From: Rhodosorus marinus CCMP1338
Taxonomy: Eukaryota; Plantae; Rhodophyta
Length of the DNA stretch: 64,000 bases
NCBI GenBank assembly: GCA_029953675.1
Contig: JAMWBK010000013.1
Span: 1-64,000, forward strand
Direction: 5' to 3'
Position numbers and translations under genes: made by a program. The notes beneath the pieces were generated by a model that did no database searches, had not been told where the DNA came from, and was given only the letters and a program-made list of their open reading frames with translations. Position 1 is the stretch's first letter, and the number at the start of each line of letters is the position of its first letter. Below, piece after piece: positions 42,001 to 54,991 of this stretch.

Positions 42001-44812
42001 TTTTAATGGCTTTATTAGCATAGCCTACAGCGCTACGCAAACCGTGAAAAGGAACTAAGAACTAGGTAGGGAAGTGTGCAAACCCAGGCGCCGATGGCGC
42101 GCCGATGGCGCGCCTCGGCAAGCATGCTGCTCGAATATCGCCACAGAGAGACACTTAAGCTTGATGCGCTACGCAAACGTAAAAGGAAACTAGGGGCTGG
42201 GAAGAAGAGCATGGAAACCCAGGCGACGGTGGCGCGCCTCGGCGAGCATGTTTGCTAGAATACAGCCGGAGTGCGATACTTAAACGGCGGAGAAGCACCA
42301 GACATTCTTCAGGATGTTCGCTAAAACACTTACGTAGCTCTCCAAACTTGACTTTTCCAGATGCCCAGAGGTTTTCATAACGAAAGGCTGGAACCTGTGA
42401 GACCGGCCCTTTTCCGCGGGAAGCCTTGCCATGCTCTTAGCGTACCGTCGTTCGTTCACGCGGCGAAGTACAGAAGCTGCTACCCCCCCTGCGGAGAGCG
42501 GCAGAAGGCAGATATGTACCGGACACGGGGCAAGTGACAGCGAGGTCCAAATATGCTGAGCGTCTGGCCGCTGCGTTCGAGAACTACTGATCTGCGATGC
42601 AACGAGTAGAGGTGGTTGCGGAGGGTTTACTAGGCCCTGCCGATTCCACCTCGACGGTGTAGCCAATTCTTGTCTAGTGTTCGCTCAGGATGTATTTCAG
42701 GCGCTTGTGTCTGTTCGTGCGATGACCTCGCAGTAGTCCGCAGGAGCCCAGAGAATGTTACCCACATCCGTCGATACGGCTCGCACATCCTCGGCAGAAG
42801 GAAGCGCGATTAGAATGCCAGTAGACCTGTGGAAGACCCAAGTCGAAGCGTGCCGCGGTCCGGAACTGGAAGGCGTTCAGGCGTTGGCCCGGTGGCGAGG
42901 GCATAGTGGTTTAGCCATAGGTGGGATAGATGCCCTTCCCATGCCCCTTAGACGAGCCGCAGTGGTAGACGGAGAACGTGGTGATTCGAGCAAGATTGCG
43001 TGAGCAACACTGGGTTGGCCCCAAGTGAGGCTATGTTGGATCACATCAGTGCGGGAACTCCACGATCTGCTCATACCGGAGTAATCGGCCGCGGGTGACT
43101 GTGGGCTGGCTTCCCCATCGTCGGCCAGCACGCGATTAACCATATATTCCACTACAGACTCATCGCGTCCCCATAGCATCTCCTTTCAGGAACTGAACGT
43201 TCTCTTCCGGTACGGCATTGACGCCTGTTGCAGGTCGTTGTATATGCGCAGTAACAGCGGCGGAAGGTTGACTGGGTCATCGTTCGTCAGCGCCCAACAT
43301 AAAAGGCTGGCACTGCGGAACCTAAATCCCACAAGCGTATGAAGAGCTGTGGTCCAGGAGGCTACCGTCGCCGTCGAGCAGGGCAAGACGCCGGTCACCC
43401 ACTCCAAAGCCTCCCACTCCAAAGCCTCCCAGGCGCAAGGGTAGAGCCATCTGAGCCCGTATCAGGTCCCTGTCAGGTGCCGATGCCGAAGCACGTGGTT
43501 CGTCTAAGACTGTGCCCCAACGTGTTAGCGTCGCCTCGTCCGCCTTAGCAGCAGTCCACCTCCCCATTGCGGTGGAAGACTTCGCAGCCAATAGTTGAGT
43601 CGGGGACCCGCACAAGGTCGGGAAATCTGGCACGCCGATTGCAGTATACCATCAGGAAGGCGTTCAATGGCATGTGTGAGCTGCCTGTGCCGGGTTAAAA
43701 CTCGTTCGCAGGAGGATTGGACGAAGTATTCACTCCCCAACCCAATACCATGATGCATCAGATCCTCAGGTTGGCAAACATGCCTCAGAGCGTCGGGGAG
43801 ACTGCCCGGAGGGGCTTCTCTGGGTGGGAGAAAACAACACTTCTCCGGCTTGACTATCGACCCCACCTCACTTGCTAGGGTTTGGATCCTGGTCAACCCC
43901 AGATCTTAGTCCGTAGGACTACCCATCAACGTCACATCGTCATGATATGCACAGATGCGTAGGTCGTCCATCTCGGTCACGACTTGCACCAGAGCGAGCT
44001 GCAAGGCTCAGGCGTGAAGGACCGGCCCACAAGGGTCCCCTTTTTGTACCCCTATGTATTCTTCAACAACTTCATCCCCCTCAGACATAGGTAGGGGAGG
44101 CCTCCTCCCGCGTAGATCCCAGCCAAAAACGGCCAAGCCTCAGGAAAAACCCTTCGAACCACCTCCAGTGCGTGCGTCCGCGATAAACTGTGGAAAACGT
44201 TCCGGAAATCAATAACCAAGATGCCCCAGGCCGGCTTAATGGCCCCCTCGAGCTCGATCGCATGGGTAATCAGTTCGCATCCCCCAGAAAACCCCACTCC
44301 CACTTGGAGAGGAGTCAAAAAAGCTGTAACACGCTGGCGTAGTCGCTGTCATAGCCACCTCCCCGCTAACTTTCGTATGCTCTTAGTCATTCCGATGGGC
44401 GGAAGACGCGGATGCTCTGCCGAGTGATCGGCTTCGCAATCAAACAAAACTGCGCCTGCCGTAAGCGTGCCCATGGTGTTGACGCGCGTACAGTTCCCTT
44501 CAAAAAGTAATTCACAATCTTCACCAGTGCGCGTTGGCCCGTCTCGCTCAAAGCCTGCAATAATTCCGTGCGAAGGCCTGAAGGCCCAGGGGAACGTCCG
44601 CGGCGGGAGGTACGGAGAAGTTCCTCGAAATAGGACTCGCGAAGCGTCGTATCTATGCACAGGCGGGCCAACTCTGATAGGTCGAGAAGGGCTTCAAAAT
44701 TGGGCTGGAACTCCACATCGGACGATGGAAATAAGGCGGATACCGGTTCCGCAAGCCGGTCATCATAGGGGAGGACAGACGCCTGTCCCACTAAAACACC
44801 AGCGATCTTCAC
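42001..44812 (-). mobile_element. Short A2 3' end (42001-42157) followed head-to-tail by a long decayed A3 ORF2 (42160-44812)
   Basis: Two successive A-type 3' UTRs. Fragmented LQVGVG, DFRN, AYHDD, LPLRLGG, SRTDVIQHSL and RLE segments. Confidence 0.85.
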
Positions 44813-45095
44813 CGCGCGCCTCGAACATCAAAGCAGCGTTCAAATGCCACAGCAAGAAACTTAAACGAGCAAATGAGGACAGACGGTCAGGGCGTTCGAG
44901 GACACTTGTTGAATCGCCACTGACACGTGTGGACTCTGAGCTGACTTAGAATGAATTGGTTTAATCGGAGGCTAAAAGAAAACCCCAGAGGGAAAAAAAA
45001 CGACTACAGAGGGAAAAAAAACGACTAAGCGCGGCGAAGATCGCGCGCTTCCAACATCAAAGCAGCGTTCATACGCGACAGTAAGAAACTGAAAC
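44812..45095 (-). mobile_element. Two lineage B 3'-end fragments
   Basis: Reverse complement of the B ORF end and UTR. (ATTC) tail at 44949-44960; a 21-bp duplication CAGAGGGAAAAAAAACGACTA. Confidence 0.78.
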
Positions 45096-45111
45096 TGCTC
45101 TCCGCACCGGG

Positions 45112-45450
45112 GCAGCAGTTCCTGTTCGTCGCCACGTTGAAGCAACGACGGTACGTTGAGAGCATAGCCAATCTTCCCCGGGAAGAGGGCTGGTCTCACA
45201 GGTTCCAGCCTTTCATTGTAGAAACCTTGTGGCATCTGGAAAAGTCAAGCTTGGAGTGGCTACGTAAGTGTTTTACCGAGCATCCTGAAGAATATATGGT
45301 GCTCCTCGGCCATTAAAGTATCGCATTCTGGCGGTATTCTACATGCTCGCCGAGACTCGCCACCGTCGCCTGGGCTTACATGCTCTTCTCCCTAGACCCT
45401 AATTCCTTTTACGTTTTGCGTAGCGCATCAGGCTATGTTAGTTAAAGTAA
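45112..45450 (+). mobile_element. A3 3' fragment
   Basis: Reverse-complement homolog of 23845-24170. Confidence 0.78.
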
Positions 45451-45470
45451 CACAGCCTGATGCGCTACGC

Positions 45471-46265
45471 ATGGGAGGCCACCTCTCGCACTTGTGGTTA
45501 ACCACTCTACTGTCGTCATGGAGTCATCGTCTCGATGCTTTCCAGTTCCGTTCTGCCGCACGGATCTATCCAGGCTCCTTGGCACTCTAATCGGCCGTCT
45601 TTCTGTCAGGGATGTGAGAGCCGGATTGACGCTTGTGGCTACCACTTCCTGGGTTCCTGCGGACTGTTGAGAGGTCTCCGAACGAGGCGTCACACTCGCC
45701 CCAAGTACATCCTCAGCGAATTTTTGACTCGGATAGGGCATACGGTTGAGGTTGAGTCGGAACTTCCCAGATCAATCTCGGACTCTGCACCGCCCCGTTG
45801 TATAGCCGATCTCCTCGTCTCCGACGCTGCTGCCAGACGCTCAACATATGTGGACCTTGCGATTACCTGCCCCGTGGCCAGCGCCCACCTCACCGCAGCC
45901 GCCCGCCGCCGGGGGGCCGCGGCTTCAGCCCTTCGAAGAGTTAAGGAACGACGGTATGCTGAGAGCATGGCCAGTCTGCCTTGCGCTGAGGGTCGCTCTC
46001 ACCGGTTCCAGCCATTCATTGTGGAAAGCTTTGGTCACGTGGATAAGTCGGGTTTAGAGTGGTTGCGGAAATGTTTTGCTGAGCATCCTACTGAATATTT
46101 GGCGCTCTTGAGGCTTTAAGTGTCTCCCTTTGGCGATATTCCAGCGACATGCTTTCCGAGGCGCGCCATCGGCGCCTGGGGTTGCATGCTTCTCTCCCTA
46201 GTTATTAGGTCATCTTCACGCCTTGCGTAGCGCTTCAGGCTATGCTAGTAAAGTCCAATAAAAAC
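45471..46265 (+). mobile_element. 5'-truncated A1 3' fragment
   Basis: RLE ORF 45535-46119; ends GCTAGTAAAGTCCAATAAAAAC. Confidence 0.88.
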
Positions 46266-48575
46266 CGAAACCCGACCACGAGCCGGCACACCCGCGTCTC
46301 CGGCCAATCGGCATGGTTGAGAGTCTACGGAAACTCGCCGGGAGGTGGCTATGCCAGCGCCTACGCCAGCGAGTCAGCGCCTTTATGGCACCTTGGCAGG
46401 TAGGGGTAGGATTTTCCCGGGGTTGGGAACCAATCACCCATACGATCGAGCTCTAGCGAGCAAGTAGGCCTGATTGGGGCGTTTTGGTAGTTGACTTCCG
46501 TAACGCGTTCAACAGCGTCTCGCGCGGACGCATGCTTTGGAGGTGATTCGCAGGGTATTCCCGGAGGCGTGGCCGTTCCTATCCGATATTTACGGAGGGG
46601 GGAGCCTCCCTTACTTGACAACGCAGGGCTCTGTGTTTGCAGCACGTACTGGCGTTCAACAGGGTGATCCTTGTGGGCCGGTACTTCACGCCTGTGCCTT
46701 GCAGCTCGTGCTCCAGCGACTGGCGGCTGAGGTGCCGGAGCTGCGCATCTGTGCCTACCATGACGACGTGACGTTGCTGGGCACTCCTGAGCACTTGGCT
46801 CGGGGACGGACCCAGATCGAAGCAATCGCTCGTGGAGTAGGTCTAACCGTGGAACCCGAAAAATGCCGTTTTCTCGGCCCGCGTGAAGTTTCGAGGGGCT
46901 CCCTGCCACCTAGTCTCCGGGCCCTTGGTGAACATGCGGGGCTCGAGCACCATGGCGTCGGTTTCGGGAGTGACAACTTTGTCCAAGACTCTTGCGAACG
47001 AGTTTTAGCGCGCCATAAGCAGCTCACCGACGCCATTGAGCGCCTACCGGATAGTATGCTCCAATCGGCCTGCCTGCTCTCCCGCTTTTGTGCCGGCCCC
47101 CGACTGAATTACTGGCTGCGAAGCCTTCCACCGCACTGGGGCTCGTGGATGGCAGCCAAGGCGGACGAGGCGACGCTGAAGCACTGGGGAACGCTCCTGG
47201 ATGAACCCCTGGATGTAGAAGCGGCTCCTGACAGGGACCTAACTCGTGGCCAGATTGCCCTACCTTCACGATTAGGCGGATTTGGAGTGGCCGACCGTGG
47301 ACTCGTATGCTCGGCGGCGGCGGTCGCCTCCTGGGCTACCGCGCTTCGCACCTTGGTGAGTTTTCGGATGCGAAGTGCTTGCCTTTTGGCTAGAGCACTG
47401 ACTAGCGAAGACCCCGTGACCCTTCCGCCGCCGCTTTTGAGTATCTATGATGCTCTGCAACAGGCGTTCATCAAGTGCAATGCCGTGCCGGACGAGAGCC
47501 GATCTAGATTTCGCTCCTGGAAGGAGCTGTTATGGGGACGAACTGAGGCGCTCGAGGACTCTCCCATCGACAGAGTACTCGCCGACGAGAGGGAAGCTAG
47601 CCCCGGGTCACCGGTTGCCGATTACCCGGGTCTGAGCCGATTGTGGAGCTCGCGCACTGATGTGATACAACATAGCCTCACCTGGGGCCAACACAGTGCC
47701 GCTCACGCAATCTTGCTCAACTCTCCACTCACACCGCCTACCACCGCCGCTCGCCTCCGCGGCATGGGAGGCCATCTTTCACATTTGTGGTTAACGACCG
47801 TGCCGTCATCACTGGGTCACCGTCTGGATGCCTTCCAGTTTCGCTCTGCCGCACGGATTTACCTGGGTTTGCCACATGCTCCTTGGCACTCTAATCGGCC
47901 GTATTTCTGTCAGGGATGTGAGAGTCGGATCGATGCTTGTGGTTATCATTTCTTAGGTTCATGCGGACTGTTGAGAGGTCCTCGTACGAGGCGTCACACT
48001 CGCTTCAAGTACATTCTCATCGAATGTCTGACTCGGGTAGGGCATACGGTTGAGGTGGAATCGGAACTACCCAGATCGGTCTCAGATAGGGCACCGCCCC
48101 GCTGTATCGCAGATCTCCTCGTCTCCGATGCTGCCGCCAGACGCTCAGCATATGTTGACCTCGCGATTACATGCCCTGTGGCAAGCGCCCATCTCACGGC
48201 TGCCGCCCGTCGCCGGGGATCAGCTGCTTCGGCCCTTCGCCGCGTGAAGGAACGACGGTATGCTGAGAGTATGGCCAGCCTGCCTCGCGCTGAGGGTCGC
48301 TCCCACCGGTTCCAGCCTTTCATTGTGGAACGCTTTGGTCACGTGGAGAAGTCGGGTTTGGAGTGGTTGCGGAAATGTTTCACTGAGCATCCTGTTGAGT
48401 ACTTGGAGCTTTTGCGCTTAAGTGTCTCTCTGTGGCGATATTCGAGCAGCATGCTTGCCGAGGCGCGCCATCGGCGCCTGGGTTTGCACGCTTCCCTACC
48501 TAGTTCTTAGTTCCTTTTACCGGTTTGCGTAGCGCTGTAGGCTATGCTAATAAAGCCAATAAAAACCAGTAAAAT
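46266..48575 (+). mobile_element. 5'-truncated A2 element; ORF 46537-48510 covers RT domains 4-7, thumb, CCHC and RLE
   Basis: GVQQGDPCGP, AYHDD, CQGC..H..C, FQPFIVERFG; tail AATAAAGCCAATAAAAACCAGTAAA. Confidence 0.92.
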
Positions 48576-49404
48576 CACCACCACATCCGGATGACGTTCC
48601 AGCTTACATTCGGATGACTCTCAGCTTAATGCCCGCTGATCGTTGATTGAATCCTTACTCAATCATTCACGATCTTGACGGATTTGGTTTTCAACATACA
48701 GACCCATGTTTCTACCATCCTCCTGGGTACCGAAGACTACGTGGATTTTCAGGGGAGCATTCGACGTATGCAGATTGGCTGTAATCCGCTAACATCTTGT
48801 AGCAATTTGCTAGGGAGATATCCAATACTCGCCATTTTACTCTTAGCTATCTTTGCTAGTTCATCCAACCATCCGTTTGACTATGTGCCTCTCTTATACG
48901 CGATTCTTCCACACGTCCATGGTTTCAATAGAGCCCCCCCTAGCTTTTTAGTGTCGAGCTTGACTCTCTGATCATTATCTTCAGCTCACCGAACATTTTG
49001 ATGAGGTACGTTGATCTGACTGAACCATTTAGTCAAATGGTGGTTTTACTAACTGAATTGAACTGAACTGAATAGCTTTATCTCTGATTCACTGGTCAGA
49101 GACGAATGAGTATGTTTATTTGGAGAACATCATGGCCTCTTCAGATCAGGCACAACGTGTCTTCTTCGTCTCCAAATCCGGAAGTCGAAGCTAAGGATAG
49201 GTTTTCGCTATTCCCTTTTTCGGCCCTATCTGGACTTTACTAGCAACCCTATCTTAACTTGCTGCTTTTCGAGCTTGATCTTCTGATAAGCGAGCAGTCT
49301 CATGCTTGTAGATCCTCTTTCCACATTCTTGAAGACCCAAACCGCGTGGTTGATAATTTTCCATACTGTCGACTTCAACATCTTACTAGCAACAGGGATC
49401 CCTC

Positions 49405-51072
49405 TCAATACTCTTGCACGCCGTTAATGGTGTCCTTGCCATCTCCACCATCGATGATCTGGACCTTGTCATCGGTAGCCGTGATCGAGTCATCCCCGGC
49501 GTTCCCATAGATCCTGTCGTAATACCCGCCTTCCAATGTGATCTCATCGTTGCCGTCTCCTCCGTAGATCTTCTTGCCAGGATGTCGGCTCCTGGCCCAT
49601 ATCGTATCGTCGCCTTCATCGCCTTTCACCACTGCAAACCCTCCTTGGTAGCGGTTGATGTTGTAGTTTCTGATCTCGTCATCACCAAGGCCTGTTTGAC
49701 ACAGTATCGAGAGCGTGTAAGTGACCGAAGAGTCCCGAAAGCAGAGAGAGCGGAGAGACTTGCTGTTTCATCATATACCTCCAGACTGGTAAAAACCTCC
49801 GTACCCTCCGGCGCGGAGGTAATCGTTGCCTTCGCCACCGAACTGTCGCTCCCCTCCGATAAGTCTATCGTCCCCATCTCCGCCATAAATTTCAGAGTCA
49901 TACTCTGAAGTATCCTTCAGGTAGTCATTCCCGTTCCCCCCACTAATCTTGTTCTTCGCGTAGGGAGCTTGCGACTCCGCCGTCCCTGGGTGGTCCAGGA
50001 CAAAATCGTCCCCATCTCCGCCCTCCAGGGTGTCATTATCGTCACCGCCATGTATGTAGTCATTCCCTCCGCCGCCAAGAACATGATCCCGACCTTCGTC
50101 TCCATACAGTTTATCGTCATCGTCACCACCATCGATGTAGTCGTCGCCCCCGCCACCTTTCACAACGTCGTCGCCGCTCCCTCCGAACAGCGTATCGGCA
50201 TCCTCCTGACCTGCGATATAGTCATCACCAGCACCACCAAAAATCTTATCATCTCCAGGGTCTCCTATAGCAAAGTCGTCTCCGTCGTTAAGAAACACTC
50301 TATCATCACCATCGCCAGCGAAGACACGGTCATCGCCGGTACCTCCCACGAGCTTGTCATCTCCACCAAAGCCACGAAGTCTGTCGTTCCCACCGTAGCC
50401 ATAGATGAAATCCACGTACTCTGTCCCGTCCAGTTTGTCGTCGCCACTGGTTCCTCTGATGACGTTCTTGCAGTTCATCTGGAGCTTGGGGTCCTTGGAC
50501 TCGGGAGTTGCCCTCGAAAGAACTGTGCTCGTCGGTCTTCGAAAGACATCGGCTTGGACCCTTACACAGAGGGGCTGCACGTCGCAGCAGTTTCGCTCAG
50601 CAATGAGAGCATTCGGCTTGAGGAACCACGAGAACTTTTGAACGTAGTTCTCGTCAAGATTGTTCGGAACCCTTGTGAGCGTTTTGATCTTGGTGAAGGG
50701 CAGGTGGGGGTAAGCAGTCGCGTCGAGCTTCGAGATGACGCTACAATCGGAGAAGAGTCCGATGTAGACGCGGCTTAAAGTCGAACCAGGAATTCCACTA
50801 AACTTTACCTTGAGTGGCTTCGTAGTTCGCAGCCTTTTGCTTGAAGTTGAGAAACACACCTCTCCCAGCCAGTCTCTCTTCTTATCGGTAAGCACTAGGC
50901 AGGTTTTCGAGAAGAACCTAAACGACTGCGACGGGAGGATTTTGTCAAAACAGGTCGACAGGCTACTCTGTCTAGCTGAACTCCTTAGGCCGACCCTGCT
51001 TTCCGCCAGAGATACAGAACCGAGAGCCACAACAACCACAGCGCAAACGAATAACCTCCCGAACAGAGCCAT
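49405..51072 (-). CDS. Secreted RTX/haemolysin-type Ca-binding repeat protein, two exons join(51072-49779, 49691-49405), 526 aa
   Basis: Signal peptide MALFGRLFVCAVVVVALGSVSLA; Cys-rich N-terminal domain; many GGxGxDxL/I nonapeptides. Splicing restores GGLGDDEI and joins the downstream RTX exon in frame. Confidence 0.85.
49692..49778 (-). other. Spliceosomal intron (87 bp, GT-AG, phase 1)
   Basis: G|GTATATG...TCAAACAG|G. Removing it removes the stop at 49771 and gives 1581 nt = 527 codons. Confidence 0.85.
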
Positions 51073-51369
51073 AGTAGATAAACGGTTTGCGCACCTACAG
51101 AACACGGCACCTCTCGGATCATACCCACCGCGACTTGAGGAATTTATCACATCCAACGTCTAAAATACAACTCTTATAGAGCAAGCTTCCCAAGGTGACG
51201 GGTTCCAGTCCTCACACAATGCACCAGTCCAAAACCAACCGCAAGAAAAAAAAAAAAACACCAAACACATCGCTCCGTGAAGTGCTAGCCTCCATCCTGG
51301 AGTACACAACTCCTTCCAGGAGTACACATCCCCTCAAAGTCAGCCAGCCACTCCCAATACCGAAACCTC

Positions 51370-51487
51370 GCTTCCAGCTAGGACAGTCACAACAGTGAAG
51401 CGAGTCAGTTTAGTAAACTAATGGTGGTGCTTCCAGCTAGGACAGTCACAACAGTGAAGCGAGTCAGTTTAGTAAACTAATGGTGGT
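51370..51487. repeat. Perfect 59-bp tandem duplication
   Basis: GCTTCCAGCTAGG...AGTTTAGTAAACTAATGGTGGT at 51370-51428 and 51429-51487. Confidence 0.92.
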
Positions 51488-52515
51488 TTAGTCTACAAAA
51501 TGCGACAGGCATTTATTCTGGCTTTATTAGTTTTATTCGCAACAGCTGGCTACGTACACAGTCTATTTTTCTTCCATGATTCATTCTTTATTGGTCCAAG
51601 CAGAATTTATCTTGGGACAATCAATGAATGAAAATGTGGGACACCTAAAGTTCAGGGATTGCATGGACAATCATAGAGTATTCTCCTTTGCACGTAGTGG
51701 TGATGATAGGACGGTCGATATAGAAGCAGAGCTTCCCCGAAAATGAGACCAGCGATATTGGTGACCACAGGGATTCACGAACAGTAGGCTATTCGACGGT
51801 GGATGGAGAGCCGCCTAGGATGACAAGTTGTGGTTTTTTGTACTTCTTTGGCATTACGCCCAGAGGGGGCTAAAGGGTATGTTAGTTAAGCCACCGTGGA
51901 GATCAGAGTTCAGTGGGAAGTAGGTACAAAGGAGACGGCATAAAACATGGAATCGAATGGAGGACGGGGTTTCCTTTGGTGTGAATCCTGATATACCTGC
52001 GTCTGATTTGTAATTCCTTTGCATAGGCTCATGGGTTTTATCCCAGCAATGCTTACCACTGGAGACCTTTGAAGAATGGTTTCATTCCACTCTCGTTCAA
52101 CCTCGCCGAATCGGGCACTTAGGAGGTGAGTGTTACGGATATTCAGCCGAAATTCCCTTAGCTCCGAGGGAATTTTGATATGTGCACAGACCGTCCTCAA
52201 ATCTGCAACGGTCGAATTGATCAGTCCATTGTTTTGGATTGTCCTTTTTTTCTTCTGGGTGTAACGCTTATCCACGCCACCCAGAGGACTTCATCTTCAT
52301 CTCTCACTCATGGAAGAACAACAACCCAAGTTCAATCCTGCCCTAAATAGTCCTTCAAGGTACTGAAAATAGAATAGTGGAACCCTTATGTTGAATGAAT
52401 GAATTGGTTAACACGGAACCTTAAGTTAAGGCTTAACACATTGTTGGCCACTGTCTTAGTAAATGTTGGCCGGAGAGGCCATTCGGGATCATACCAAAGG
52501 GGGTACTGCGGTAGT

Positions 52516-52738
52516 ATCGCCTGGTACCTCTGGTCATTGAGTTCTCTCGGTTTATGGGTTCCGTTGGTTCTCGCTGGCTGCGCGAACGCCCTCACCCCCT
52601 GTCCTGGTTGTTTACCCGTTTAAGTTTCTTGCTGTGGCGTATGAACGCTGCTTTGGTGTTGTAGGCGCGCGATCTTCGCCGCGCTTAGTCGTTTCCCCCC
52701 TCGGAGTTGTTTCTTTCAGTCTCCGATTAAACAATTCG
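52516..52738 (+). mobile_element. Diverged lineage B 3' fragment
   Basis: Homologous to 1345-1585; ends CTCCGATTAAACAATTC. Confidence 0.82.
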
Positions 52739-53004
52739 TCAGTATAGCAGGTAGTGGATATGTAGTGCGTGTGGGGTTACGTTAGTCTGGGGTTGTAGCG
52801 TAGCGACTGTATCGTGATTGATCTGGATCGTCCGTCCTCGTCGTACGACGGTGGACTACCCGCTCGAGTACTTACTGAATCGAGGGTGTGAGGCATGCTA
52901 GGGATCAATAAAGAAGAGGTACGGGTTCTGGGGATAAGTTGGGGGGAGCCCAATTTTGTGAACAGAAAATAGAGGTTCGGATCAAATCACCGCGTGTTAC
53001 AACT

Positions 53005-53205
53005 GAACGAATTTGTCTAACCGGAGGACTGAAAGCAAAAACCCCGCGGGGAAAGATAGACTATGCGTGGCGAAGATCGAGCGCCTCTAACATCAAAGCA
53101 GCGTTCATATGACACAGCAAGCAACTTAAACGGGTAAACAGCGAAGAGAGACGCGGTCAGGGCGTTCGCGGAACAACTCCGGAAGCCAACGAGAACCCGC
53201 GGAAT
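53005..53205 (-). mobile_element. Diverged lineage B 3' fragment
   Basis: Reverse complement of the B ORF end and UTR (CCGGAGG..AACATCAAAGCAGCGTTCAT). Confidence 0.75.
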
Positions 53206-54991
53206 CTGCTGGAACTCCATATGTGATCTAGGCCTCTCGTACTAGTCTAAGGCGAGTCACTTAGATTAGGACGGTTTTCTTCTATATCTAGCACCAATAT
53301 CGGGTGTTTAATAAAATAGCCACTCTGCGATCAGAAGGGTCGATTTAGAAATAGGTAACTGTGTATGCGCCTCCGTGGGTCTCCATAGCCCAGTAAGAAC
53401 TTCCAGTCCAACAGGCTAATGAGCCCAGAAAGGATATCTTTGTTTCCTGTTCGAGAGAGTTCAGCTGCGGGGGGAGGTACGAAGCTGGCTGAGATCGCGA
53501 AAGGAGACGGAAATGTGGAAGAAACAGCAACCGTAGTCAACAGGATACGAGGCCAGCCCCCTGGGAGCTGCGTGAACTAAGAAGATGTGTATGAACTGGA
53601 TTGTAGAGAAGGTTAAAAGACTCTCCACGAAACCTCCACATACAGTTCTTCCCTTTGGTACAAGCGGCTAGATGAGGACTCCTTTTCCCAATCATCTCCC
53701 CCCCAAACCATAGCACGAAAATGATAGCCAACTTGACGCAGAGCGCCTACGAACTCAGGTGAAGCAAGACTGCAAAGACGCATTCAGGAAGAAGAGAAAG
53801 ACTGTGCTAGACACAGAACATGCAACAAAGACATAGTACTTGTGGACAAGGGAGTGAGAGTTCTGTTAAGCCCAATGCGATGACTTGGCAACGGAAGTTT
53901 GTGAACCATAACTTGTGGCATAACTCATGGCTTAAGTATATTACCCGAAAAGGAAATGAAAATGGACATGTCTTGATGTCAGCAGAAGCCCAACTCGGAA
54001 TTCCGGAAACTTGAGCTGAAGGAAAATTTCATGGAAGACATGAAAAGTCTGAGAAATGAGATAAAATCTTATGGAAAGAATGAGAAAACACTTGAAATAG
54101 TGCATTCATTTGATCGTGACGGAATAAAGAATTGTGATTGGTTATCCCATGTTTATGAAGTAAGTTAAGGATGTCGATTGGATGTTTGACGAGATAACTT
54201 GATGAATTGCGTGAATACTTAATGCGTGGAGACTCGCGTAATGAAGATGATTGGACTTGGATCATAATAAGTGAATGTATTGGATAAGGATCCATGAAAA
54301 GTAAGAAAAATTTCTGAAAGCGCTAGATCTTTGTTTCCTGTTTGAGACAGTTCAGCTGCAGGGGGAGATGCGAAGCGCACTGAGAGCCGCGAAAGGAGAC
54401 GGAGACATTGAGGAAATAACAACATAGTCGAAAGGATGATGAAAGGCACGAAGATGAGATCACTAGATCATAGTATGAAGAACATGGGGTTTTTGTACGC
54501 GCATTCTAGATGTAAACGTTTTCCTCAATCGACTGAAGGAGAAGCCACCGTACTACTCGACAACCAAGGTTATGAAAGTCAAGGAGTTGAAGAAATACGG
54601 TCAAGTCGAGACGAGTAAAACCACCAGTATTCGGTTAGGGGTGTTGCCCGTTTGGTTGTTTTGCGGGATCAACCCCTTTTCCTTCGATAGCGTAGTAGGC
54701 AGAGTACATTAGGGGTTCGACGATAAGGCCCAAGCACCCGACATCGGTGGACAACTTACCAGGCGGGATCGAAGAACCGTATAATTAGGCTCACCATGGT
54801 AGTTGGATGAGTGTGGAGTAGAGAGAGGGGTAATTCTGCCCTCGCAAGAGATCCATTTGTTGACATGGTCTCATCGCGCAGGTATGCGAATTTGTTGTTT
54901 TAGGGGATCTTTTGGGTGGGGTTCATGGTGGTTGGAACTAGGAGTTTCAAGGAGGGGGGAGGTCGAACCTGGGGAAAGGTCGACTGTGGAG

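Noticed and set aside
54600-54800. LTR and primer-binding site of the copia remnant
   Set aside because: I found no TG...CA repeat pair or convincing tRNA-complementary PBS.
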